Assembly: GCA_000091205.1 (NCBI GenBank) | Contig: AP006492.2 | Origin: Cyanidioschyzon merolae | Taxonomy: Eukaryota | DNA: 64,000 nt | Reading direction: 5' to 3' (one strand) | In this document: one piece after another, positions 19,587-29,221 of the stretch | Layout of the letters: the number at the start of each line of letters is the position of its first letter | Position numbering within the stretch: position 1 is the stretch's first letter | The notes under the pieces: generated by a model | What the model was told of the DNA's origin: nothing | What the model saw: only the letters and a program-made list of their open reading frames with translations | Databases searched by the model: none | Made by a program: the position numbers and the translations under genes

Positions 19587-21761
19587 TCAAGCACGGAGGT
19601 CTGGTCGCTCTCGGCCAAGCTCCGAGACGATTCCACAATAGAGAAGAGCTGCGCGCCCAATATCTGCCACAAAACTCGAGGCAAGTTCCCCAACAGCTTG
19701 AACGTCTCCGTCATTGGGGGCAACGTACTTTTCTAGGTAAACGCGCAGGGTCGCATCCGCTGAACTTGTCCCGCTGAGCCGCAGAACGGCTCGCATCCTC
19801 CGATCAGATGAGAAAAACAACCGTACGCCCTGGTTTCGCGCCCAGGAGCCATCCACTGGATCCTGGTAATGAAATACATCCGCGGCATAGAGCTGTGGTC
19901 CATCGATACGCAAGCTGAGGATTTCGCCGCCTTCGACCGAGCGTTCTAGGTTGCGCATCCAGCGCTCGGCTGTGGTCCGTTCGATTCCGTGAAAATCCCA
20001 GCGCTCGTAATAGTTGCGTCCGTAGTGAGCCCAGTGTGCTCGAACAATATCCTCAACACTTGTGCTTTTCGATCCCGGAGCGACTTGGAGATTATGGTAC
20101 GCCAAAATTGACAGCCAAAAAAGAATAGCCCACAAACCATCTTTCTCTCTGATATGAGCCCCGCCCGCCCCGCAACTCTCCTCTCCGCATAGAGAGACCA
20201 GGCCCGCGTCGAGCAGATTGCAGAAATATTTCCACCCCGTGGGCGTTTCGTAGCACCTAATATTATGGCGTGAAGCAACGACGTCAACAGCAGAGCTCGT
20301 CGGCATCGAGCGAGCGACGCCTCGAATAAGGCCACCATCAAATCTGCAGTATGCGGCAAAATCCGGTCGAAGTGCGTAATCCAACATAATCGCCAGCGAG
20401 TCTGATGGTTGCACGACGAACTTACGCCCGAGAATAAGATATCGGTCACCATCGGCATCGGAAGCAGCGCCAAAGTCGGGTGAATCCTCATCGGAAAAGA
20501 ATTCGGCAACCAAGTCTGCCAAGTTCTCCAGATTAGGTTCCGGATGAACGCCACCAAAGTCGGGGAGATACTGACCCCGCCGGAACCAGGGATACTCCCA
20601 GTACCCGAGTTTTTCGCCAAAAATCATGAACGCAAACGGACCAGTCGATCCATACATCGCATCGTAAACCATGTTAAAGTTTGGGAGACGCAAGAGCGCT
20701 CTTAATCGTTCAAAATGAAATATACCTTCCATCAGCTCCACGTACGTTGCAGTGGCATCAACGAGGTGGATTTCAAAAGTCCTCCCGCCATCCGAGTGTG
20801 GGAGTCTGTCCGGATTCGGGGACTGGAGCGCATCGCGAGCGCCCTCCGGCAAGATCCGAAAACGGTGTACCGTTTGGATCCGTTTGAAATTGACACCGTC
20901 GAACCCGTCCCGGCCACAGAGCGCCTCCGGATCCGACGCCTCCACCTCTAAATATCTAGATATTGTCAAGGTTCTCTCGTAAATTAGGGACGTAAATGAG
21001 TCCGGCGCTGGACCACCGTTTTCCATATTGTACTTGACACCCCAGTCGCCATCAACACCGCCAGGGTTGTGGCTCGCCGTCAGGGCGATCCCGCCCAGGG
21101 CACCAGCAGCTCGAATCGCCGCACTGATAGCGGGCGTCGTAGCGATAGCGTCCGGTCCGAGCACGATCAGCCGCTGCAGGCTGTTGGCGGCAGCGATGCG
21201 GAGCAGTGTTCGAAGGGCAGCCTGGTTGCCCTCGCGGCCGTCGCCACCGACAACGAGTGTTGCCCGGTTGAGGCACGTGCGCCCGTATCGCTCGACCAGC
21301 ACATCGAAAAGGGATTGAAACCAGTTCTCGAAAAAGTTTGGTGTCTGTGTTACCTCACGTGTGCGCTTTCGTATGCCAGAGGTGCCCGTCTTCTGACCAG
21401 GTATCGGTGACGTTGGAACCTGGACAACGCACAGCGGTGTGCTTTCCTCGTACACGACGGTTTCTTGGTGGAACAGATCACTCCAGTCGATTGCAGAGCA
21501 TCGGATTTTGCTGCGTTCGAGTCTAGAGGTTTGATTCGGTTCCCGTTTGCCTGCAAACTTGCGGCGACGCCACGCGCTCTGGCACAAGTAAGAACTTGCC
21601 CTGGTTGGGTTCCAGTAGGTCCCGCGCGCCAGCGTTGCTCGTTTCGGCGTGTAGTTCACGGTAAACGCCAGGCACGGAAACCAGCCGCACTCACAACGAG
21701 GCGCCAATCTGCCGTAAGTTACGCAGTCCATCCCAGTGGATGCATCCTCGATTGAAACCAT
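19587..21761 (-). CDS. Phosphoglucomutase (alpha-D-phosphohexomutase superfamily) with N-terminal extension
   Basis: 724-aa ORF. Active-site loop TASHNPGG, GQKTGTSGIRK phosphoserine region, and characteristic PGM blocks (FGAASDADGDR, GEESCG). About 125 extra N-terminal residues rich in R/S/T/C. Confidence 0.85.
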   Translation of the reverse strand: MVSIEDASTGMDCVTYGRLAPRCECGWFPCLAFTVNYTPKRATLARGTYWNPTRASSYLCQSAWRRRKFAGKREPNQTSRLERSKIRCSAIDWSDLFHQETVVYEESTPLCVVQVPTSPIPGQKTGTSGIRKRTREVTQTPNFFENWFQSLFDVLVERYGRTCLNRATLVVGGDGREGNQAALRTLLRIAAANSLQRLIVLGPDAIATTPAISAAIRAAGALGGIALTASHNPGGVDGDWGVKYNMENGGPAPDSFTSLIYERTLTISRYLEVEASDPEALCGRDGFDGVNFKRIQTVHRFRILPEGARDALQSPNPDRLPHSDGGRTFEIHLVDATATYVELMEGIFHFERLRALLRLPNFNMVYDAMYGSTGPFAFMIFGEKLGYWEYPWFRRGQYLPDFGGVHPEPNLENLADLVAEFFSDEDSPDFGAASDADGDRYLILGRKFVVQPSDSLAIMLDYALRPDFAAYCRFDGGLIRGVARSMPTSSAVDVVASRHNIRCYETPTGWKYFCNLLDAGLVSLCGEESCGAGGAHIREKDGLWAILFWLSILAYHNLQVAPGSKSTSVEDIVRAHWAHYGRNYYERWDFHGIERTTAERWMRNLERSVEGGEILSLRIDGPQLYAADVFHYQDPVDGSWARNQGVRLFFSSDRRMRAVLRLSGTSSADATLRVYLEKYVAPNDGDVQAVGELASSFVADIGRAALLYCGIVSELGRERPDLRA

Positions 21762-21855
21762 GCACTCCCTGGGACGTGCACCCGTGCGGCTCGCCCGCAG
21801 CTGCTGCTACAGAGTGCAGCGAATGAACGCGTAGTCTACAAATCCCAGTACGCGT

Positions 21856-22908
21856 TTACGACTTGTCGATCCGAACGCCGTTCGAAATTCGAACGACGCC
21901 AGCAGTACAGTAGTGGCGAGAAGCCCGACCTAGACTAGTCGTCATTAACCAATGTGCAGACGTCCTCGTCTTTTTCGACCGGCCCCCGCTACTGCTCCCT
22001 TTTTTCTCATATAGTTCCACTTTGAGAGATTGTCCAGCAAAGTTCGCGCTTGTCCAATCTGGTGGTCTCTCCTCCAGCACCGCACATCTCCTTATATTGA
22101 TGGCGGCGTTAGAGTCACGATTCACAAACTCCATCCGTTTCTTGCCATCACTGGTTGCACTTACTAATGCAAAGAGTCCACGAACTTTCGCCCTCCTTTC
22201 CATTTGCTCTTCTGTTAGCAGTCCGTACTTTGCTATATCCTCAGGGCTCCTCTGGCACTTTTCCATCTCGACTCTCTGAAGTGTACAACCCAGCTCGTGG
22301 TGTGTGTAGGACGTTCGGAACTCATCTACAGGTATCGTGACGAAACGCCTTGTGCACTCCTTGTACAACCTTGTCGTTGGAGCTGGTGTACACCCTTTTT
22401 GAATCTTCCATCGCCCTGCTGCGTACGCTACTACGAGCCTTTGAGTCTTGTCCTCTTTGAGGGCACTCAACTGATTGAAAAAGTTGGCGAACGCCTGCTG
22501 CTTACCACAATACAGATTCATTCGCAAACGAGCCCATCGGGGCTTTGTATACTCCTCCCAGAGTGCATCCCAATGGGCAACGCGAACTTCCATAAATTTC
22601 CGAAAAGCTTCAAAGTCCGCACCTCGGCTCGTCATCTCGCCCAAAGCTTCCAGGTGATCCTTCATTCCTGAATTCCAAGTCTCGATTTTCTTCCTCGCAT
22701 TCATTATACCGGATTCTCGATAGTATCTTGCTCTCGAGAACCTCATCAGACGCATGTCTTTCTGACGTAAGTTACCATCAGCGCCATCTTCTGCACGCTT
22801 CGGTGCTGCGATGGTTGTGATATTCGTATTCCCAGGGTCCGCGCCACCGACAAAGTCGTTATCTTGCACTTTCTCGGTCACAGGACCCGCCCTCCTTCTT
22901 TTCTTCAT
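21856..22908 (-). CDS. Fanzor/TnpB-like RuvC endonuclease, C-terminal catalytic half (RuvC-I, RuvC-II, Zn-ribbon remnant, RuvC-III)
   Basis: RuvC-I: [27 protein letters not shown] (GxDxG...DG). Bridge block: [29 protein letters not shown], where TnpB has LeYKa..G..v..Vdp.yTSq.C. RuvC-III: [14 protein letters not shown], where TnpB has DaDvNAAiNI. Zn-ribbon reduced to H/C remnants. Canonical RuvC-II Glu position reads VVAYAAG. Confidence 0.55.
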   Translation of the reverse strand: MKKRRRAGPVTEKVQDNDFVGGADPGNTNITTIAAPKRAEDGADGNLRQKDMRLMRFSRARYYRESGIMNARKKIETWNSGMKDHLEALGEMTSRGADFEAFRKFMEVRVAHWDALWEEYTKPRWARLRMNLYCGKQQAFANFFNQLSALKEDKTQRLVVAYAAGRWKIQKGCTPAPTTRLYKECTRRFVTIPVDEFRTSYTHHELGCTLQRVEMEKCQRSPEDIAKYGLLTEEQMERRAKVRGLFALVSATSDGKKRMEFVNRDSNAAINIRRCAVLEERPPDWTSANFAGQSLKVELYEKKGSSSGGRSKKTRTSAHWLMTTSLGRASRHYCTAGVVRISNGVRIDKS

Positions 22909-23075
22909 GCTTCACCGCGTCAATGGCAAGGTAGTCATCCTGCACCACCGGCGTCGCAGGATCCGCCTCCTTCTCATCTTCATCCTTCGCCGCGCCGACG
23001 ATAAGGTCGTTATCCTCCACCTCCTGCATCACAGAATCCTCCTCTTTGTTTTCTGCATCCCTCGTGACGGGCGCG
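22850..23075. repeat. In-frame 66-bp (22-codon) tandem repeat inside Fanzor-like ORF, about 3 units
   Basis: Units encode ..[24 protein letters not shown] / [25 protein letters not shown] / [21 protein letters not shown]. The last unit runs into the RuvC-I motif. Copy 2 has 4-5 units (33545-33835). Confidence 0.75.
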
Positions 23076-24584
23076 GCCGAGGGCGGATCTGGACGATCTT
23101 TCTTCAACCGCCGATAGAGTACACACGTGGCTACTCCATCGGTTTCGATCAACCCAGCAAATACCTTTTGTTTGCTGACTTTGAGACGTTTGAAGTCGAA
23201 GATACTCTTCCAGTACGTCTCCCGGTTTTCACCGATGAAGTCCTCCCTGCTCACATCGAACTCCGGACAGATCTCCCTCATGATGCCGTAAAGGACGCCT
23301 GAATCGATAGTCACGAAATGTGACTTGATATTGCACATTGGAACGCCGTTGAAGCGCTTACCCATTAGGAAAGCCTTCCGTCTCTCCCACTCTTGATTTG
23401 TCTCTTCACTCAGCTTCATCTCCGCTTCGCGTTCGAGCTCTCGGTCCAGAAACACGAAATATCACAGGATGAGGCGGTAGTATCTTTCCTTATCTTTTTT
23501 CAACTCTGATCAATTTTCTGCCAAATTCGCCAGCCCCAGGACTGCACGATACTCTTGGATAGCCGCACGGATTACAGAAGCTTCATTTGCGCTCCTGCGT
23601 GACGCCTTCTTATCGACAAACTCGATCTCAACTTCATACTTGCGATCTTTCATGATGCCATTGATAATCGCCCATTTTCCGTTGCGAGCGATGCCCGGGT
23701 AGAGTGTACCCACCGCGCGTATCATAAAACGTTCGAGGTTCACTGTCAAATGGTTCTTCAGACTCGTGGTGTACTTTTTCGCTCCGTATGCCTAAATATC
23801 CGAGGCACCCCTGTATCGATTACCTTCGAAGCGGAATTCCACCAAGTTTTCGTGGAGGGCGTGCACTAGCACATTTTCCTTCAGCGCTTCCGCTGTGCCA
23901 AGCATCAGGTGACGAATAAACGTCTTGTCGAAAAACTCGTCAGGAATCTCGACTGTTTCCGTGTGCGTCACGTCGCGATACATCTCCCTCACCAAATGCA
24001 TCAGTACTGACGACGCCTTGACAATACTCTTGGAGTACGAGTCGACATGGTTTCTGATAGCGTCTCGCAACTTTTCGTTGCACGGATCCTTGATATGTTT
24101 AAGAAGGAAGGTTTTCACCACCATCTCGTCGTAAAGTCGTCTTTGTTGCAGCCTTCAACGTAGGGCCTCCCCTTTCGGTTCTTCTTCTCTCCCTTTTCTT
24201 CTGGACTCGGCACTGTTTTTTGTTTTTTTTTCTGGCAGCCGGCGACCCTGGGCCTCCAGGATCGTGGACTTGCTTTTTCATAGCTTTCCTTTTTTAGTTT
24301 TTTTTTGAAAAACAACGCTCTGTGAACGCTTCTGTTATATACTGCGAAAAAAAACTTGAACACACTTGTTTGAGGTTTGAAAGAAAAATGAACTAAAAAA
24401 CTGTACTCTGCTAAGACCTTAACGGAAATCCAATTTTTCCAGTAGAACAACACGCTACTGATCAGGATCGCGTTTCCCTTCAACGGCGGCATTCGCATCG
24501 TGTCAGTAGACTGGCCGATCTCCGAGGTATCTCGGCGTCGATCTGGTCGTGGTGAGCAAAACGCCGGGTACAAAAACACCGATA

Positions 24585-27500
24585 ACAAAACAAACTAGTC
24601 GCAAACTATTTATTAAAGAACAACTATCTTAAAGACCCACACACCACGCCCGCCTTAGAGGTCTAGTTTTTCCGGAGAAGCTCTGAAAGTGGGTTAACGC
24701 GGGGTGCTTGGGCGACGGCGAAGGAAGCCCACGCCAGGGACCTTGACCGCAACGAACGGAGGGGCGGCGGCAGTAGCACCAGAAAATGTTGACGAAAATC
24801 CTGATTAGTCATCCGCCCCTCCCGAATCAACGCTGCAGGTTCGGGCGCAAATCTTGGATCGATCCTCGGACTCGGGCTCCGTTTTACCTCCTACCTTGGC
24901 TACCTACCTCAACTTTGGGAACAATTTCGGCGGATACTTTGGAAGACGGCTGGCAGTATGTTCACTGTCGAAGCTGGAATAAGCGGCTTGCCCGCCTATG
25001 TGTTTGGGGAGCGGATACGTAGCCGCTGAAAGGGTGGTTTGCAGACTGTTCCCAATTGTTGAGGGGAGGTTAAAGCGTCGGGCAAGATAAAGGTCGCATT
25101 CGAATCGACCTTGACTAGCGTACATCTGATTCTACGCTAGCGCTGCGGCAGACGCTCAATGAACGACTGGAATGCAGGAGGCGCTGGTGGCATGTGCGAT
25201 CACACACGCCATGGAGGGTGCATCTCAATCGACAACGTATCTCTCGAGTACCGCAGCGTTAATCCTATTCCCTTATGCGCTACGACTCGATAGGTTTCGC
25301 ATCATGGAATATTTGTGGGATCGCCTCGGTATTGAACTACGAGATATCGAATTACCAGTACAGTAATGAAGAACTGATACAAGTCGAGGACTGTACAAAA
25401 GGCAAAAGAGACCCAACCAGACACGGAGAAGGAGACACAGAAACCTCATGATCCACCTAGATGCAAAATAACCAGAGAATGTAGCTCAGGAAAGAACCCG
25501 ATGAAGAAGAAAACCAACAAGAGAAAAACAGAAGAATAGGAAGAAGAACTCCCGAACGAGTCCACAGGCGGGGGCTCCAGCGAACCCATCACAAGTCGTC
25601 CCCGAAAGAGCACCCCAGCAGGAACTCAAGAAAGCCGTCGCCAAACCGAGTCACCTACTCACAGCGCTGAAGATCCGAAAAGCCGTGCATACAAATCTTT
25701 AGACCAATTGGCACGCGAGTTTGTAGATGGGAATCAGAAGTTGCCGGAGAGCTGGGACTGCTTGCACCAGAACGCAACAGTTGCAAACCTCAGTGCCTGA
25801 AACGACGTACCAATACCCGGATTGACGAGCGCCACCGACTCTATCAGATCGTCAACCACACCGCCATACGCGCCAACGCTGGAGACAAGGAAGCGAAGGC
25901 AGTCCTAACGGCGCTACAGGCACAACATGAAGAAGCTATCAAAAGAAAGAAGAAACTTTCCAGAGAAGACAAACGAGAGGATCGAAACCGCAAAATCGCC
26001 TCCCTAGCGAAATCTATGCTAGAGAGCACCAACGAAGATGAGACCTGGCGCTACATTCGATCGAGACTGGACCCACCAAAAAAGTGCTTGGGGCTCACAC
26101 CAATCGTTTATGAGGAAGTGCTGAGGACGGAGCGTGCCTCAGTGAATGAGGCCTGGACGGACCACGGCACAGAGCTGCATGAAGACGCAACTGGGAACTG
26201 CCAAGACAGAATCTATTGGCACCAGTATGCCGCAGAACTACCGCGCCTCGAACCGGTACCGGAATGGAACGACCCAATCTTCTGGCCTGAATCTGTTCGG
26301 ACCGTGCTATGCTCAAGCAACCGCAAAACACCTGGCATCGACGGTATCGCGGCGGAGTGGATGAAACTGGTGATCCCAAAAGACGGGACAAGAGGGACAC
26401 TATCGATACCAGATGAACCTGACACAAGCTTAGGCAAACGCCTTGTGGAGCTCATCCAACGCATGTTCGAAGAGGCGTACATCCCGGATTTATGGAGGAC
26501 TGCCGAGGTCGTACCGATCCTCAAAAAGGACTCCGACGTACACAAACACAGACATGAACAACTACCGGACTATTCGCCTCATCCCGTCAATCATGAAGCT
26601 ACTTTGCGCCATTCCCACGAACCGGACTCAGAGAGGCCTCGTGGAACGCAAGTTCTTCGCCCCAGAACAGGCTGGATTCCGGAGCCACGAGGAGTGCATG
26701 AGCCATGCCCTGACCCTAACTGAAGTGGTGCAACGTCGCTCCATTAGCGGCCAACAACCAGCTTACGTATGCTTCACCGACTTTCAAAAGGCCTTTGACA
26801 CGGTCCCGCACGAGGCTCCATTTCTCAAGATGGAACGAGCCCAAGTCTCCGGAAAGTGCTTAGCGTTCTTCCGTGCGCTCTATGCAGACTCATGGATGCG
26901 CATCCGACTGGGCGACCGCTCAAGAACCCCTTCCAGAAGAATCCGCCGTGGACTGCGGCAGGGCGAGCGCGCATCCCCGCTCCTTTTCAACATCTTCATC
27001 AACGATCTGCTGAACAACTGCAGACAATACGGGCTTGAGGTGCCGTGGATAGACTGTGGAGATACCCGATGAGGAGCTCTCACATAGGAACCGCCTCGCA
27101 GGCCGTCTAGTTGCGGACGATGTCGTGCTGTTGGCACCCGCCCCGGAAACGCTTGCGGGTAGCATGGAACAAGTCAGCGCCCGGGCCGATCGCTGGGAGA
27201 TGAGCATAGGAGCATCGAAGTGCGGCGTCATGGTCATCCATGGAGACTCGCAGAGCATTCGCAATCGCTCGTGGCGGTTGCAGAATCAGGAAATTCCGAT
27301 CGTGGAAAAATATCGCTACCCGGGGGTCTGTCTAACGCCGACGCTCGACGAAGAGGCACACGTCGACGAGATGATCGCCAAGATGCATAGACGTACAGCG
27401 ATCGCACGTCCATTCCCATCCGACCCCTCTATCTGCATAGCAATTCGTACCAGGGCACGAAGGATGTGTATCATCCAGCCTGCGACCTGGGGTGCTGAGT

Positions 27501-28878
27501 GGTGCGGCATGAACCACACAAATGCCTCACGTCTGCAGATAGCCGCCAACATGGCAATGCGACTCGTTGTTGCTGTTGGATGCTCAATGTAGAGCAGAGC
27601 AACCACCGCGCTGGCACTCGGACTTGAACTCCAAATAGCCTCGACAGAGGCGACAGCAGCAGGTTGCCGGGCACGCATATGGGGCAAAGGGCCAACTATG
27701 AACACCTGGTTCGATCGGATATCCATGCAGACCCCAACGCACCGCAAGAACACTTGGATGAAATCGACGCAGATTTGGCTGAAGCGCCTCTTAGGGGACA
27801 ACACGCTCCCCAATCGTTCCCCAGGAATGTAGAAGACTTCAGACGCCTCAAGCGAACGGTCCAAACAACAATTTGGGAACGTAGACACGGAACCAGTCGC
27901 GCCAGTAACGCCGGCTTAACTCTATACCGGAACTACAACCTAGCATACACATGCAAGTACTGGTGGGAGGCGCTGGAATTCCCGGGACTTGCTCGAGGTA
28001 CCCAGTGGCTCGCCAAAATCCGCGTTGATGGCTTCTGGCTAGCGGCACCGGCTCTAAACCATATAGGGACACTGGAATCGCACTGGGAGTCACACTGTCC
28101 CTGCTATCGAGACGAAATCCCCGAGACGCTGACATATTTAGGCTTACAGTGCCCGCGCTGGAAGCAGGAGCGCAGCGAGCTCCTTGAAGGACAGCAGCAG
28201 CTGGGCATCACCATGATAGCCGAGGGCCGGACATTCACTTTGAGTGCAGCACTGGCAACTGATGGTCCGCTAACAGATCCTCAGTGCTCATTAGTGGCCA
28301 ACAAACTCACATGCTACGTTCTAGGCATGAGGTCCAGCGTATCGGATGCGCACACGGGCCCAGTGCGCTTTCTGCGCCCACCTTTTGTGGTGGGTGTCAA
28401 GCACAAATCCGCATTTCCAACCGACGACAACGCATTCCATGCATGATCACGAAGGAGAGAGGCGGCTCCCACGATATATCCTAACAGTCAAGTTTCTCCA
28501 GCGTGTCGTGCAGCGAAGGCAAGCCTGCATCCGCAGACTGTCCGAGCACAAACTGACGACGAGACTCGATTCTACGTCGGGTGAAGCACACCTCGAGCCG
28601 ACGCCCTTTGTGGTATAGAAAAGCCGTTCTGTCTCCATGATGCATCTGTACCAAAGGTAAAGACGCTATTGCGGATAATTAGGACAGGTTCTGGGCACAC
28701 GATAGGACGTATGAGATGACCAGAATATCTGAGACGAAGTATAGGTAATGGAACTTGGGAGTAGCCTGTTTGATGGATACTTCACGGCGCACTGAAAAAA
28801 AGAGAAAAAAGTAAGAAAAGAAAAATGCGCGTGATCGGAGAACGCTGGCCTAAGTAAACGTTTTGTCAACGAAAAAAC
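24585..28878 (+). mobile_element. Non-LTR (LINE-like) retrotransposon, copy A, degenerate (frameshifted)
   Basis: RT motifs across three frame segments (26016-26723, 26443-27072, 27056-27592): NYRTIRLIPSIMKLL, FRSHEECMSHAL, QGERASPLLFNIFINDL, LVADDVVLLA (FADD-box variant), CGVMVIHG. C-terminal Cys/His domain HCPCYRDEIPETLTYLGLQCPRW at 27664-28446. A-rich 3' tail region. No apurinic-endonuclease domain recognisable. Confidence 0.8.
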
Positions 28879-28926
28879 AAATACCGCCCCAGCAGCGCCT
28901 GGGCGGACAAGCGGCCGCGATCCGGC

Positions 28927-29144
28927 GCAATCGCCGGAAAGCTCTGCGCCGCTGCAATCGCCGGAAAGCTCTGCGCCGCTGCAATCGCCGGAAAGCTCTG
29001 CGCCGCTGCAATCGCCGGAACGCTCTGCGCCGCTGCAATCGCCGGAACGCTCTGCGCCGCTGCAATCGCCGGAAAGCTCTGCGCCGCTGCAATCGCCGGA
29101 AAGCTCTGCGCCGCTGCAATCGCCGGAAAGCTCTGCGCCGCTGC
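28927..29144. repeat. 27-bp minisatellite, about 8 units (gcaatcgccggaaagctctgcgccgct)
   Basis: Seen directly. Immediately 3' of LINE copy A. Absent at the equivalent junction of copy C. One frame reads RRAFRRLQR repeatedly. Confidence 0.9.
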
Positions 29145-29221
29145 AGGCGCGCCGGCCAGAGCGCTCTCCATAGATCCGTAACTCTTATTTTGCGTGTGCA
29201 GAGGCTAGAGCGGTACGCTGG

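Larger units (their letters stand above)
21856..24584 (-). mobile_element. TnpB/Fanzor-like RuvC-nuclease element, copy 1 (ORF in several frame segments plus AT-rich upstream region)
   Basis: Repeat boundary defined by comparison with the second copy at 32576-33896. Encodes segments 23792-24124, 23510-23749, 22859-23455 and 21856-22908 on the minus strand. Confidence 0.55.

Noticed and set aside
28927-29144. Possible CRISPR array
   Set aside because: The 27-bp units are contiguous with no intervening unique spacers, so this is a minisatellite. The eukaryotic context also argues against CRISPR.
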